Shown here: positions 18,890 to 30,041 of the stretch, one piece after another
Numbering within the stretch: the stretch's first letter is position 1
Layout of the letters: each line of letters opens with the position of its first letter
Origin: Ignavibacteria bacterium
GTDB taxonomy: Bacteria; Bacteroidota; Ignavibacteria; Tepidaquicellales; Tepidaquicellaceae
Direction of reading: 5' to 3'
Assembly: GCA_019187405.1 (NCBI GenBank)
Contig: JABAQZ010000027.1
Location: 39,610 to 103,609, forward strand
Length of the DNA stretch: 64,000 nucleotides
The notes under the pieces: generated by a model
Told to the model about the DNA's origin: nothing
Database searches by the model: none
Seen by the model: the letters and a program-made list of their open reading frames with translations, nothing else
Program-made: the position numbers and the translations under genes

Positions 18890-19240
18890 TTGAAACAAGA
18901 TGAATTCAGAAGATATTGTCTTTCCAAAAAAGGTGTTACGGAAGAATATCCTTTTGACGAAGTTACACAAGTATTTAAAGTAAAAGGCAAAATTTTTGCG
19001 ATTACGGTTTTCGATTTTCCTTTGAGAGTCAATCTGAAATGTGATCCCGAAAGAGCTGCAGAACTCAGAGAAAGGCATGAAGACATCGTTCCCGGATATC
19101 ACATGAATAAGAAGCACTGGAACACGGTAAACTTTGAAGGTAAATTATCCGATAAAGAATTAGAATCAATGATTAACAGTTCTTACGAGCTTGTTGTCAG
19201 TGGTTTGAATAAAAAGTTAAAAGAAGAGTTAAATAAATAG
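18890..19240 (+). CDS. MmcQ/YjbR family DNA-binding protein (TTG start in track)
   Basis: 116 aa. ..YCLSKKGVTEEYPFDEVTQVFKVKGKIFA...HMNKKHWNTV pattern. Confidence 0.7.
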   Translation: MKQDEFRRYCLSKKGVTEEYPFDEVTQVFKVKGKIFAITVFDFPLRVNLKCDPERAAELRERHEDIVPGYHMNKKHWNTVNFEGKLSDKELESMINSSYELVVSGLNKKLKEELNK

Positions 19241-19279
19241 AGAGCAGGCGATTTATTTTCACATAAAAAGTGAACTGAA

Positions 19280-20836
19280 ATGATAAAGAGAATTGAAATC
19301 AAATTAACTCCCGAAGAATCCTTTTATCCGGAAGGCATCAGAAAAAATTTAGCTCATAAATCAGGACTTTTACCCGCTGATGAATTTGAATACAGAATAA
19401 TCAAAAAGTCTATAGATGCGCGTTCGAAACATCCGTTTATTTTATTGCTGGCAGATGTTTTCATAAATGAAAAGCCCGATGAGCCAGCTGAATACAAGAA
19501 AAGATTGAAACATTCATCGGATAAAAAAAAAGTGATCATAATTGGTTCGGGACCTGCGGGATATTTTGCTGCACTTCAGCTACTTGAACTTGGCATTAAG
19601 CCGGTGATATTTGAAAGAGGAAAGGACGTGAGAGAAAGAAGAAAAGATCTGCGAGAAATACAGCAGTTCAGCAAAGTGAATCCGGATTCCAATTATTGCT
19701 TCGGTGAAGGAGGAGCTGGCACTTATTCAGACGGAAAGCTTTACACAAGATCTCACAAAAGAGGAGATATTTTTAAAATCCTGAAACTGCTTGTTGAGCA
19801 TGGAGCCAGACATGATATTTTGTATGACTCGCATCCACACATTGGCTCGAATAAACTTCCATTAATTATTCAAAACATCAGACAAACGATTCTTCATTTC
19901 GGCGGCGAAGTTCATTTTAATTCAAAAGTAACGGATCTAATCATCACTGATAAAAAAGCCGAAGGAGTAATTGTAAATAACAGTGATGAGTATTTTGCTT
20001 CTGCGATAATTCTGGCTGCAGGACATTCGGCAAGAGACATTTTTTATATTTTAAAAAATAAAAAAGTAAACCTGAAATCAAAACCGTTTGCACTTGGAGT
20101 AAGGGCTGAACATCCGCAGGCTTTGATAGATGAAATTCAATACGGTCAAAAAGACCGCAGCAGATATTTGCCTCCGGCGAGCTACAAGCTGGCTGAACAA
20201 ATATCCGGAAGTGGAGTTTTTTCATTTTGCATGTGTCCCGGAGGATTGATAGTGCCTTCTGCAACTTCACCCGGCGAGTTAGTCGTAAACGGAATGTCAA
20301 TGTCGCGCCGCGATTCAGAATTTGCAAATTCAGGAATTGTAGTAACAGTTGAAAAGGAAGATCTGAAAGGTTTTGAAAAGTTTGGCGAGTTTGACGGACT
20401 GGAGTATCAGAAGCATACGGAAAAAAAATTCTTCGAAGCAGGTGACGGAACGCAAAAAGTTCCGGTACAAAAATTAATTGATTTTACCGAAGGCAGACTA
20501 TCTATGTCAATAAAAAAATCTTCATACATTCCGGGAGTTTACAGTTATATGCTTGAAGAGCTTTTGCCTGTTCAGATTTCAAAAAGATTAAAGAAGGCAT
20601 TTGTATTATTCGGAAAAAAGATGCGCGGATATTATACAAACGAAGCATATATCTGTGGACCTGAATCAAGGACAAGTTCACCTGTTAGAATTCCGAGGAG
20701 TCAGGAAACCTTTGAGCAGCTTCAGGTAAAAAATTTATTTCCATGCGGAGAAGGTGCAGGGTATGCCGGAGGAATAATATCGGCGGCAGTTGACGGACAG
20801 AATGCGGCAAAAAAATTAATTGAAAAAGTATCATGA
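19280..20836 (+). CDS. FAD-dependent oxidoreductase (COG2509-type uncharacterised dehydrogenase)
   Basis: Rossmann motif KVIIIGSGPAGYFAALQL, then GEGGAGTYSDGKL, and a C-terminal ..FPCGEGAGYAGGIISAAVDG. Confidence 0.8.
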   Translation: MIKRIEIKLTPEESFYPEGIRKNLAHKSGLLPADEFEYRIIKKSIDARSKHPFILLLADVFINEKPDEPAEYKKRLKHSSDKKKVIIIGSGPAGYFAALQLLELGIKPVIFERGKDVRERRKDLREIQQFSKVNPDSNYCFGEGGAGTYSDGKLYTRSHKRGDIFKILKLLVEHGARHDILYDSHPHIGSNKLPLIIQNIRQTILHFGGEVHFNSKVTDLIITDKKAEGVIVNNSDEYFASAIILAAGHSARDIFYILKNKKVNLKSKPFALGVRAEHPQALIDEIQYGQKDRSRYLPPASYKLAEQISGSGVFSFCMCPGGLIVPSATSPGELVVNGMSMSRRDSEFANSGIVVTVEKEDLKGFEKFGEFDGLEYQKHTEKKFFEAGDGTQKVPVQKLIDFTEGRLSMSIKKSSYIPGVYSYMLEELLPVQISKRLKKAFVLFGKKMRGYYTNEAYICGPESRTSSPVRIPRSQETFEQLQVKNLFPCGEGAGYAGGIISAAVDGQNAAKKLIEKVS

Positions 20837-21169
20837 AAAATTCCATTGCATGAATACATTAAAATTTTTTTATGAAATTGATTAAATACTTGTTTTTGCA
20901 CTTTTCAATTGTATTTCAGATTATGAATAAGTAATTTACTGTGAGTTAAATAAACAGTACAGCGTTTTTGTTCCGGTAACACGGAATTGTTCTACCAAAA
21001 TTAAGGAAGTAGTAACAAGCTTTTAAGATTTTGCTGATGTAACGTTTCAACCTCAAACAGGTGTTTGACGCAGCAAAACCGGCAGAAAAGAAAACAGCCG
21101 GGGAGTATTTTTTAAGAGCCAAACTGCAAGCGTACAATTTCTAAACACCTAAAAAAGGAAAAACCTTAA

Positions 21170-21373
21170 ATGGAAAAAGGTAAAGTTAAATGGTTCAACG
21201 TTACAAAAGGTTATGGATTTATAACCAGAAGCAACGGTGAGGATGTGTTTGTCCATTTCAAAGCTATTAATGCCGACGGTTTCAAAAAACTTGACGAAGG
21301 CGATGAAGTAGAATTTGATGTGGAAGACGGAGCAAAAGGTCCTCAGGCTGCAAACGTAAAAAAAGTTGACTAA
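21170..21373 (+). CDS. csp: Cold-shock protein (CspA family)
   Basis: [15 protein letters not shown] (RNP1) and DVFVHF (RNP2). 67 aa. Confidence 0.95.
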   Translation: MEKGKVKWFNVTKGYGFITRSNGEDVFVHFKAINADGFKKLDEGDEVEFDVEDGAKGPQAANVKKVD

Positions 21374-21379
21374 CTGAAC

Positions 21380-21412
21380 AAGCCCGCAATTACAAATGCG
21401 GGCTTTTTTTTT
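21380..21412 (+). terminator. Rho-independent terminator of csp
   Basis: AAGCCCGCA-attacaaa-TGCGGGCTT followed by a T-run. Confidence 0.85.
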
Positions 21413-21435
21413 ATAAAAGAAAAACTTCTCTTCTC

Positions 21436-22212
21436 TTATTTTATTTTAATCTTTGAAATCATTTCTCTTGCATTTTCATTTCCCGGATTAATCTCAAGTG
21501 ACTTTTCATAATTTCTAACGGCTTCATCTTTATTGCCATCCATCAGATAACCTTCTCCGAGACTGTCATAAACATTTGCCGATCCCGGATAAGCTTCGGC
21601 GTTGAGTTTGAATATTTCAATTGCTTCCTTGATTTTACCGACCTGAAGCAGTTTATATCCGAGATTATTCAGCTGAGATTCTTTAAAATTGTACTCTTCA
21701 GACTTTTCGTTTTTCAGAATGTAGTACAGACTTTTGGCTGAATCAATTCCGTTGTTAATAACAGTTTCAAGCATTACGGATTCGAGCGGAATTTTCGGTT
21801 CGCTTATTCCGACGAGTTCAACGTCAAAAATCAGAGTGGCATTTGGAGGTATTACATTACCGGCGCCTTTTTCTCCGTAAGCAAGTTCGGGGGGAATAAT
21901 AAGTCTGAGTTTATCACCCTTTTTCATCAGCGCAATGCCTTCATCCCATCCTTTTATGACCTGTTTATTTCCGAGTATAAATTCGATCGGCTCGTTTCTT
22001 TCTACTGAAGAATCGAAAATTTTTCCGTCAGTAAGATAACCGGTATAATGAACTTCAACGGATTTTCCGGCAATGGCTTTTTCTCCATCACCCGAATAAA
22101 TAACAATATACTTCAGTCCTGAGCCTGTACTCATTGTATCTCCCTGAGATTTTGCTTTGTTAAATCCTGCAAGTAAAGCAAGGATAATTAAAAACATTTT
22201 CATTTTGTGCAT
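21436..22212 (-). CDS. FKBP-type peptidyl-prolyl cis-trans isomerase with C-terminal TPR region
   Basis: Signal peptide, FKBP core ([18 protein letters not shown]...[29 protein letters not shown]...LIFDVELV), and TPR-like repeats at the C-terminus. Confidence 0.85.
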   Translation of the reverse strand: MHKMKMFLIILALLAGFNKAKSQGDTMSTGSGLKYIVIYSGDGEKAIAGKSVEVHYTGYLTDGKIFDSSVERNEPIEFILGNKQVIKGWDEGIALMKKGDKLRLIIPPELAYGEKGAGNVIPPNATLIFDVELVGISEPKIPLESVMLETVINNGIDSAKSLYYILKNEKSEEYNFKESQLNNLGYKLLQVGKIKEAIEIFKLNAEAYPGSANVYDSLGEGYLMDGNKDEAVRNYEKSLEINPGNENAREMISKIKIK

Positions 22213-22895
22213 TAGAGTTTTTTATTTTTAAAAATTAAAATTTCTTCGAGACTTTCCTCGACTTCGGTTTTAGAAAGATTTCCTTTAAGAAGTTCTTCTT
22301 CAGGTAAAGATTTTAGCTTATTATAAAAGTTAGTTATTTTCAAGAATGCTTTTTCCAGGTCAAGATCAGTGTCATTTTCTTCAATGTAATTCATAAATTC
22401 AAATGCAGTATCTTCAAATTTTGAGAACCGGTTTGTCAGAGCAAAATAATCCAAAAGCTGCAAATACATTTCACCGGAAAATGTTTCCGGATTTATTTTT
22501 AATAGGAGCTCTTCAATTTTTTTTATATAAGGAGCATTGTCAGGAAGATCTTTTGATAAAACTGCTTCAATGAAAAGTCGGAATGATTTCAGATAAGAAT
22601 CAGCGCTTTCCGCCAAAATTCCAGTTTCTTCTTTTAGCTTGCCGTATTCATAAAGCAATTCTGCAGAAGCAATACATTTACCGGCAAAAAGGTCAGAAGT
22701 TTTTACGAGTTTTATCAGATCTTCTGCTGAAAACAGTTTAATAAGTTTCATATCCATACCGGCAATTGACATTGAGGCTTCTTCAAGTTCATTTTCTGCT
22801 TCATCAAATTTCTTCAGGTCTTTTTTTAAGACCATTCTTGCTATCACTGCTGAAAGCATTTCGGCAATTTTCATGAAATAATCTTTTTGAATCAT
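22212..22895 (-). CDS. Hypothetical all-helical protein
   Basis: 227-aa ORF whose stop overlaps the FKBP start by 1 nt. No family recognised. Confidence 0.5.
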   Translation of the reverse strand: MIQKDYFMKIAEMLSAVIARMVLKKDLKKFDEAENELEEASMSIAGMDMKLIKLFSAEDLIKLVKTSDLFAGKCIASAELLYEYGKLKEETGILAESADSYLKSFRLFIEAVLSKDLPDNAPYIKKIEELLLKINPETFSGEMYLQLLDYFALTNRFSKFEDTAFEFMNYIEENDTDLDLEKAFLKITNFYNKLKSLPEEELLKGNLSKTEVEESLEEILIFKNKKL

Positions 22896-22902
22896 AATTT
22901 TA

Positions 22903-23694
22903 TCACAGATTAAGAATTCCTGAAATTATAGTAACGGCTTTGCCGGAAATCAAAACTCTGTCTTTCTTCAAAGCAATCTTAAGCGCACCACCTCTTTTAG
23001 ATGCCTGATAAGCGCTTAGAGAAGATTTCCCCAGTTTTTCAGACCAGTAGGGAGCAAGAACGCAATGTGCAGAGCCAGTTACCGGGTCTTCGTTAATGCC
23101 TTTTTTAGGAGCAAAAAATCTTGAAATGAAATCAAAGCTGTCAGTGTCTGAAACCGAAGTAATTATAATACCATATTTTGAAAGGTTTTTCAGAGATTCA
23201 AAATCGGGAGTTGCATTGATTACTTCTTCTTCGGAGTTAAGTTCTGCAAGATAATGATGTTCTGTTTCAAGCAAGGTTTTTGGAGCGACTCCCAGAGCAT
23301 GATTCAGCTTGGGAATGTCTTTGCATTTAACGGGAACATTTACCGGAAAATCAAGAGTAATATGAGGATCATTGAAGTTTGCTTTGAGAATTCCTTTATA
23401 AAGAGTTTGAAAGACCGCAGGTTCATTTTTAGCAAGAAATTTTTCCTGCCAGAGAATGTGAGCGCTTGCAAGAGTTGCATGTCCGCAGAGATCCACTTCA
23501 CATTCGGGAGTAAACCATCTAAGATTAAAAGCACCGTTTGATTTAAACACAAAAGCAGTTTCAGAAAGGTTCATTTCAAAAGCTATGTTCTGCATCATTT
23601 TTTCGTCCAGAGGAAAATCCGGAAGGCAGACGGCTGCGGGATTTCCATTGAAAGCATCGTCAGTAAAAGCATCTACGGTGAAAATTTTTATCAT
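22903..23694 (-). CDS. PhzF family isomerase
   Basis: MIKIFTVDAFTDDAFNGNPAAVC...LSETAFV...RWFTPECEVDLCGHATLASAH...DPVTGSAHC. Confidence 0.85.
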   Translation of the reverse strand: MIKIFTVDAFTDDAFNGNPAAVCLPDFPLDEKMMQNIAFEMNLSETAFVFKSNGAFNLRWFTPECEVDLCGHATLASAHILWQEKFLAKNEPAVFQTLYKGILKANFNDPHITLDFPVNVPVKCKDIPKLNHALGVAPKTLLETEHHYLAELNSEEEVINATPDFESLKNLSKYGIIITSVSDTDSFDFISRFFAPKKGINEDPVTGSAHCVLAPYWSEKLGKSSLSAYQASKRGGALKIALKKDRVLISGKAVTIISGILNL

Positions 23695-23958
23695 GAAAAA
23701 TTTTAGTGATACTACTTATTTAATAAAAATTATTCAATTGAAATATTACTATGCTCAAAAAAGCCGATAAAATTTTTTTGAAAGAAAAAATTTATTTTAC
23801 TGTTAAAAAAAATTTAAAATCAATAGTGAAATTTTTTTATGAAGTTTGCATTTAAAAAATGTTTATACTAATTTTACACATAAAGTTTTTCACAAACATT
23901 CCGTAAAAAAATTCTTGAACAAGAACAATTTTATCAAACGAAATATAATTTTATGTAA

Positions 23959-26900
23959 ATGAAAATAAACCGCTTTTTTGTAAAAGAGGGAAGCTCTGCT
24001 TTTGACTTAATAGAGTTTGACAACCGCACATCGGTAATCAGAAATCCAGACGGCTCGATAGTTTTTGAAATGAATAACATAAAGGTACCTAACCATTGGT
24101 CACAGGTAGCCACTGACATTCTTGCGCAGAAATATTTCAGGAAAGCGGGAGTTCCCGTTTATCTGAAAAAGGTGCATGAAAAGGGAGTGCCGGTATGGCT
24201 TCAGAGGTCGGAGTCTGATTTAGAAAAAATGAAAAATTTTTCGGAGGAAGACAGATACACATCGGAAAATGATTCTGTTCAGGTATTCAACAGGCTTGCA
24301 GGATGCTGGACATACTGGGGATGGAAGCATAATTATTTTTCAACGGAAAGTGATGCAAGAAATTTTTACGAAGATTTGTGTTACATGCTTGCAATGCAGT
24401 TTGCAGCGCCTAATTCACCTCAATGGTTTAATACCGGACTGAACTGGGCATACGGAATAACCGGACCTTCACAGGGGCATTTTTATATTGATCCGAGGAC
24501 TGATAAAGTAACAGTATCAAAAGATGCATACACTCATCCTCAGCCTCATGCATGTTTCATTCAGTCGTTGACTGATGATCTGGTAAATGAAGGCGGCATA
24601 ATGGATTTGTGGGTAAGGGAAGCAAGATTGTTTAAGTACGGGTCCGGAACGGGGTCTAATTTTTCTGACATAAGAGGAATCAATGAGCCATTAAGCGGAG
24701 GTGGCAAATCTTCCGGATTGATGTCATTTTTGAAAATCGGAGACAGAAGCGCAGGAGCAATTAAGTCAGGAGGTACTACTCGTCGTGCAGCTAAAATGGT
24801 TACTTTAGATCTTGATCATCCGGATATTGAAGAATACATTAATTGGAAGGTAATAGAGGAAGAAAAAGTAGCATCTATGGTAGCCGGTTCAAAGCTTCTG
24901 AATTTTCATCTTAACAAAATAATGAAAGCCTGTCACAGTGTACATCCTGAAAATGACGGCTTTGACAAAAAAAGAAATAAACAGCTGATGCAGGCTATTA
25001 ATGAAGCAAGAAAAGTACAGACACCGGAGAATTACATTGAAAGAGTAATACAGCTTGCAAAATTAGGTTACAGAGAAATTGAAATTCCTGTTTATGATAC
25101 TGACTGGAATTCTGAAGCATATTCAACAGTATCGGGACAAAATTCAAACAACAGCGTAAGAGCTACAAACAACTTCATGCAGGCTGTAGTTGATGACAAA
25201 GAATGGAATTTATACTGGCGGACAGAGCTTAAAAAATCAGCAAGGGAAGGACGCGAACCTAAACCTTGCAAGACTCTCAAGGCGCGGGAGTTGTGGGATC
25301 AGATAAGTTATTCAGCATGGTCATGCGCAGATCCGGGTATTCAGTTTCATACTACAATTAATGAATGGCACACTTGTCCTGCCGGCGGAGAAATCCGTGC
25401 ATCGAATCCTTGTTCGGAATATATGTTTTTAGACGATACAGCATGCAATCTTGCATCTTTGAATCTGATGAAATTTTATGACAACAAATCAGGCGGATTT
25501 GACATTGAGAAATACAGGCATGCAGTAAGATTATGGACTATAGTACTCGAGATAAGCGTTTTGATGGCGCAGTTTCCGAGCAGAAACATTGCACAGCTTT
25601 CATATGATTACAGAACATTAGGTTTGGGATATGCAAATCTTGGAGCTTTGCTGATGGTTAAAGGAATTCCGTATGATTCTCCGGAAGCTTTGGCAATTAC
25701 CGGAGCGCTTACAGCTATACTTCACATGAAATCTTATTCAACTTCAGCCGAAATGGCAAAAGAGCTCGGTACTTTTCCGCGTTATAAAGAAAATGAAAAT
25801 GAAATGCTGCGTGTAATCAGAAATCACAGGCGTGCAACATACAATACGGGCGGAAATGAATATGAAGGACTTTCGATTTTTCCTATGGGGATAAATAAAA
25901 ATCATTGTCCCGAAGTGCTTCTTAAAGCTGCAAGGGAAGATGCCGATAAGGCATTGGAGTTAGGAGAAAAATATGGATTCAGAAATGCTCAGGTAACAGT
26001 GATAGCTCCGACAGGTACAATAGGTTTGCTTATGGATTGTGATACAACAGGTGTCGAGCCGGATTTTGCATTAGTAAAATTCAAAAAACTTGCCGGAGGC
26101 GGATATTTTAAAATCATAAATGAATCAGTTCCGCCGGCGCTTAAAAATCTGGGTTATTCAGAGGAGCAGATAGAGCAGATAATTAAATACACAAAAGGTC
26201 ACGGTTCACTTATCGGATGTCCTGAGATAAACGCTAAATCGCTTACCGAAAAAGGATTTACCAAAGAGATAATTACAAAAATAGAGAAATCGCTTCCGTC
26301 AGTATTTGACATTAATTTTGCATTTAATAAATGGACGCTTGGCGTAGGATTCTGCAAGAATGCATTGGGTTTTACGGATGAGCAGCTTGATGATACAGGG
26401 TTTAATGTACTTAAAGAGTTGGGATATTCAAAAGATCAGATCGAAGCGGCTAATGATTATATTTGCGGAACTATGACAATCGAAGGCGCACCTAATTTGA
26501 AAGAAGAACATTATCCTATTTTTGATTGTGCAAACAAGTGCGGTAAAAAAGGAACAAGGTATATTAAAGCAGATGCGCACATTAAAATAATGGCTGCTGC
26601 ACAACCATTTATTTCGGGAGCAATTTCAAAGACAATTAATCTTCCTAATGATGCAACAATAGAAAATATAAAAGAATCTTACATGCTTTCATGGAGGCTC
26701 GGTGTAAAGGCGAATGCATTATACAGAGACGGATCAAAACTTTCACAGCCGCTTAACACAGTGAAAGATGACGAATCAATGAGCATGGAAAGCGGGGAAG
26801 ATCTGAGTACGGAAATATCAAGGACGCATGATATTGTTAAAGTTGCGGAGAGAATAATTCATCGATACATTGCAAAGCGGAGAAAGCTTCCATTCAGACG

Positions 26901-27564
26901 AAAGGGATACACTCAAAAAGCAAAAATCGGAACGCACTCTGTATACCTAAGAACGGGTGAATATGAAAACGGTCAGCTTGGAGAAATATTTATTGATATG
27001 CATAAGGAAGGCGCTGCATTCAGAAGTTTAATGAATTGTTTTGCAATTGCGATTTCGCTCGGATTGCAGCACGGTGTACCTCTCGATGAATTTGTTGATG
27101 CGTTTGTTTATACTAGATTTGAGCCTAATGGAATAGTGGTTGGCAACCCGAATATAAAAATGAGCACTTCGATTATTGATTATATTTTCAGGGAACTTGC
27201 CGTAACATATTTGGGAAGGTCGGATTTGGCTCACATAGAAAACGTAGCGGAATATCAGAAATCTCCGATAGATGCATTATCAAAACTTGAGGGCGACATT
27301 GAGTTTGACGAGGAAGAGATATTCAGCGAGAGGATAATAGAAGAAGAGACACGTATAAAGGAAAATTTATCTGAAAGAAATGACAAAGGGATCAGATTGT
27401 TACAAAAGCCAGTTATAGAAAAGCCGACGGTTGAAAAAATTAAGGAAGCAAAGTTAAAAGGATATACGGGAGATATATGTTCGTCTTGCGGCAGTGTTAC
27501 AATGGTAAGAAACGGGACATGTCTGAAGTGTATTACATGCGGAGACACGAGCGGCTGCAGTTGA
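23959..27564 (+). CDS. nrdJ: Adenosylcobalamin-dependent (class II) ribonucleotide reductase
   Basis: Active-site blocks ..[23 protein letters not shown].., ..[24 protein letters not shown].., ..[16 protein letters not shown].., and a C-terminal Cys-rich tail [20 protein letters not shown]. Confidence 0.95.
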   Translation: MKINRFFVKEGSSAFDLIEFDNRTSVIRNPDGSIVFEMNNIKVPNHWSQVATDILAQKYFRKAGVPVYLKKVHEKGVPVWLQRSESDLEKMKNFSEEDRYTSENDSVQVFNRLAGCWTYWGWKHNYFSTESDARNFYEDLCYMLAMQFAAPNSPQWFNTGLNWAYGITGPSQGHFYIDPRTDKVTVSKDAYTHPQPHACFIQSLTDDLVNEGGIMDLWVREARLFKYGSGTGSNFSDIRGINEPLSGGGKSSGLMSFLKIGDRSAGAIKSGGTTRRAAKMVTLDLDHPDIEEYINWKVIEEEKVASMVAGSKLLNFHLNKIMKACHSVHPENDGFDKKRNKQLMQAINEARKVQTPENYIERVIQLAKLGYREIEIPVYDTDWNSEAYSTVSGQNSNNSVRATNNFMQAVVDDKEWNLYWRTELKKSAREGREPKPCKTLKARELWDQISYSAWSCADPGIQFHTTINEWHTCPAGGEIRASNPCSEYMFLDDTACNLASLNLMKFYDNKSGGFDIEKYRHAVRLWTIVLEISVLMAQFPSRNIAQLSYDYRTLGLGYANLGALLMVKGIPYDSPEALAITGALTAILHMKSYSTSAEMAKELGTFPRYKENENEMLRVIRNHRRATYNTGGNEYEGLSIFPMGINKNHCPEVLLKAAREDADKALELGEKYGFRNAQVTVIAPTGTIGLLMDCDTTGVEPDFALVKFKKLAGGGYFKIINESVPPALKNLGYSEEQIEQIIKYTKGHGSLIGCPEINAKSLTEKGFTKEIITKIEKSLPSVFDINFAFNKWTLGVGFCKNALGFTDEQLDDTGFNVLKELGYSKDQIEAANDYICGTMTIEGAPNLKEEHYPIFDCANKCGKKGTRYIKADAHIKIMAAAQPFISGAISKTINLPNDATIENIKESYMLSWRLGVKANALYRDGSKLSQPLNTVKDDESMSMESGEDLSTEISRTHDIVKVAERIIHRYIAKRRKLPFRRKGYTQKAKIGTHSVYLRTGEYENGQLGEIFIDMHKEGAAFRSLMNCFAIAISLGLQHGVPLDEFVDAFVYTRFEPNGIVVGNPNIKMSTSIIDYIFRELAVTYLGRSDLAHIENVAEYQKSPIDALSKLEGDIEFDEEEIFSERIIEEETRIKENLSERNDKGIRLLQKPVIEKPTVEKIKEAKLKGYTGDICSSCGSVTMVRNGTCLKCITCGDTSGCS

Positions 27565-27590
27565 ATTGAAGGATAAAGAGTTTTTTGATT

Positions 27591-27630
27591 GCGGGGAAAA
27601 CCGTTTAAACGGTTTTTCCCGCTTTTGTTT
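27591..27630. terminator. Hairpin terminator between convergent nrdJ and the PAP2-like gene
   Basis: GCGGGGAAAACCG-tttaaa-CGGTTTTTCCCGC followed by TTTTGTTT. Confidence 0.8.
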
Positions 27631-27642
27631 ATGTCACTGTAT

Positions 27643-28992
27643 TTATTTCAAAAACTGTAATGCTCCGATATTTAACCCAATCTGTATTCCCTGCGACACG
27701 CCTTTCTCAATTGCTGCTCTGTAATGAATTCCTCCATACAATCTTGAGATGGCAGCTTCGTTTGCAAACTCGAAAAATGAATTGAATGATCTGGGAGTAT
27801 ATCCTAAATCGGAATTTGAATTATCGGTAAAAGCATAATTATAACCAAACAAATCAGATAAAATTTGTGCTGCAGCACCTGACTGTACAGAATGTCCGGA
27901 AGTAAATTCAGGAAATGGAGGAGTAGTTATAAACGGACTCCAAGTCGGATTAATCAAATTTCGAATGTAAGTGATAGGACGAAGCAAATTATAATTGTAT
28001 TTTGCTTTCCAGCAAGAAATAAAAGCATCACTGACGGCAATACCCACTTTTGCAAAACTAACCGCTGAAAAGTCAAGCATTGAATTTTTTTCTTTTAGAG
28101 CAATCATTAAAATAGCAACAGAATGTCCGGGTGGTGTGTAAGTTCCTCCACCATCAGCCCAGAACAATGCAATGTCTTTTTGTTCCTGCGTGAGTTTATT
28201 AAAAACTGAATATACCTCCAGCGCTTGTGTATAGAAAAGAGAAGTTGTGTTTTCAGAATATACAGGATGAGAATCGGGCTGACATCCGACAACATTCTGA
28301 TTCAAGAAAGGACGGTTGTTTCCCCAATGAGGATGAGCAGCAGCTCCGAATCCCGGAGCAGTAGGTATCCATAATCCCGGACCGACAGGAGGTACATATG
28401 ACGGGTCAGTAATATGAAGCTGACCTTCATTTCCACCGTCAGTCACCGACCAATCATATATAGCAGATGCAATACTGATACCAAAATTTTTTGATCTTTC
28501 AAAAATATCCGCCGATACAGAAGTTTGATAAAATGCATTGTTTGCAGTTTCCAATGAATCAATCGAAGCGAGATTTTGTGAAGTTGCATTAAAATACATT
28601 TTCCGCGTAATGTAAGCTAAGGCTGCATTTGCAGAAGTAGGCCAATGGTATGACTCTGAGGAGTTAATCTCAGGCATTGAAGGCATTCCATTTAACTGAC
28701 CGGAAAGAGATTTATATTCCGGCATTCCTGGAACGACAGATTCATATAATGTAATACCTGTATATCCGAAAGCTCTCGAAGATACAGGAGGCGTAATACC
28801 GGAAGTTTGCTTGATAAGCTTCATTTGCAGATTATACCAGTCCAATGCGACTTGAGAAGTGTAAGATTTAGTTAAGTTTCCGGTAGTGGGATTGGAGTTG
28901 GTTATTTCATCATTGCTGCAACCCTGAAAATGGATTATAAAAGTAAACATGATCAGAATCGCGCTTAAAATATTTTTGTAAATTTTTTTCAT
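27643..28992 (-). CDS. PAP2-superfamily / vanadium-haloperoxidase-like lipoprotein
   Basis: Lipobox-like ..IIHFQGCS. PAP2 motifs PFPEFTSGHSVQSGAAA and SRLYGGIHYRAAIEKG. Confidence 0.75.
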   Translation of the reverse strand: MKKIYKNILSAILIMFTFIIHFQGCSNDEITNSNPTTGNLTKSYTSQVALDWYNLQMKLIKQTSGITPPVSSRAFGYTGITLYESVVPGMPEYKSLSGQLNGMPSMPEINSSESYHWPTSANAALAYITRKMYFNATSQNLASIDSLETANNAFYQTSVSADIFERSKNFGISIASAIYDWSVTDGGNEGQLHITDPSYVPPVGPGLWIPTAPGFGAAAHPHWGNNRPFLNQNVVGCQPDSHPVYSENTTSLFYTQALEVYSVFNKLTQEQKDIALFWADGGGTYTPPGHSVAILMIALKEKNSMLDFSAVSFAKVGIAVSDAFISCWKAKYNYNLLRPITYIRNLINPTWSPFITTPPFPEFTSGHSVQSGAAAQILSDLFGYNYAFTDNSNSDLGYTPRSFNSFFEFANEAAISRLYGGIHYRAAIEKGVSQGIQIGLNIGALQFLK

Positions 28993-29208
28993 AATTATTA
29001 CAGTTTAATTTGAAAAGGGTTTACTTAAAAAATTAATTTTTTGAAAATAAAAACATTAGTTCATAAATAGCCGTCATATTACTTGAAAGAAATAAAAGTA
29101 TAAATGACACATTGACAGTAAATAAAATAATGGTATTAATTTTATTTATGAAAAAAAGGTGAATTAATCAAATGACGAAATCGGAAGTAAAATCAGAGAT
29201 AACGGAGA

Positions 29209-29997
29209 TTAATTCATCAGAAGTTCAGGTCTGAATTCAAAATGCATAGTATCATAATGATACCATTTGCCACCCCAAATGAAACCGTATTTTTCGAACA
29301 CTGTAGCGATTTCAATTGGTATTCTGTTTACATATTCAGTGTTACCATTCCATTTCCAGTAATCGGAATACTTTGTATTAATGTCAATTGCGATTCCGAA
29401 AGAATGCGTGCTTAAGCGATTTGTACCTGCAATTACTCTCCAGTAGAATGTTCCGCCAATATTTTTTAGATACTTCTGATATTCTTCAGGGAGATCTTTT
29501 AATTCATTTACCACTGACTTCAGATTTTTGTCGGCGCTGTTTATTTTGGTGAACAGGACAACAGAGCCGTCAACCCATTCAACTTCGGTTAAATTATTTC
29601 TTACTTCATCTTCATTGTTTCCGTACATTTTTAGAAAAAACGGTTCATATCTTATTCTGCCTGGTTCGAAATTAAAATCAGGAGGAGATTTCCATTCGGT
29701 TCCTTTTTCGTATTTCTGAAACATCATATCTTCAATATCTGGATTATTGAGCAAGTCATCATGATTTTTATCTGAAATGCCGTCATGATAAATCATTTCG
29801 GTTCCATCTTTCCAGTATAATATATTATCTGCAGCTGAATCAAGAAAATCCGGATAAGCAATTAGTAAATCTTTTAAACCTTTTGATAAAAGAGAATCGG
29901 AATTTGGTTTGGACGATTGAAGTTTATGAAATGATGCAACATTATTATTTGTATATAGGACAAAGTGTAATAGAATTAAAAAAACTGCAAGTTTCAT
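29209..29997 (-). CDS. M15-family metallopeptidase (D-Ala-D-Ala carboxypeptidase-like)
   Basis: STHSFGIAIDIN (SxHxxGxAxD) and DTMHFEF motifs, plus a signal peptide. Confidence 0.7.
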   Translation of the reverse strand: MKLAVFLILLHFVLYTNNNVASFHKLQSSKPNSDSLLSKGLKDLLIAYPDFLDSAADNILYWKDGTEMIYHDGISDKNHDDLLNNPDIEDMMFQKYEKGTEWKSPPDFNFEPGRIRYEPFFLKMYGNNEDEVRNNLTEVEWVDGSVVLFTKINSADKNLKSVVNELKDLPEEYQKYLKNIGGTFYWRVIAGTNRLSTHSFGIAIDINTKYSDYWKWNGNTEYVNRIPIEIATVFEKYGFIWGGKWYHYDTMHFEFRPELLMN

Positions 29998-30041
29998 ATT
30001 AGATATAATAAATAAAAAGTATTTAACTAAAAATAAAAAAA

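Noticed and set aside
20946-21137. 63-aa minus-strand ORF between the FAD oxidoreductase gene and csp
   Set aside because: No recognisable protein features. It lies in what is more plausibly the csp promoter and leader.
23695-23958. Possible cobalamin riboswitch or NrdR boxes upstream of the B12-dependent nrdJ
   Set aside because: I found no B12-box-like (..GCCACTG..) core and no convincing 16-bp ACACnATATATnGTGT-type palindrome pair. The region is simply AT-rich. This was a by-eye check only, and cmsearch could still overturn it.
23959-27564. Intein inside the 1201-aa NrdJ
   Set aside because: The catalytic blocks are contiguous. No Cys/Ser-start...HN-Cys/Ser/Thr splice-junction pattern or homing-endonuclease block was seen. 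The extra length comes from inter-domain insertions and the C-terminal Cys-rich tail.
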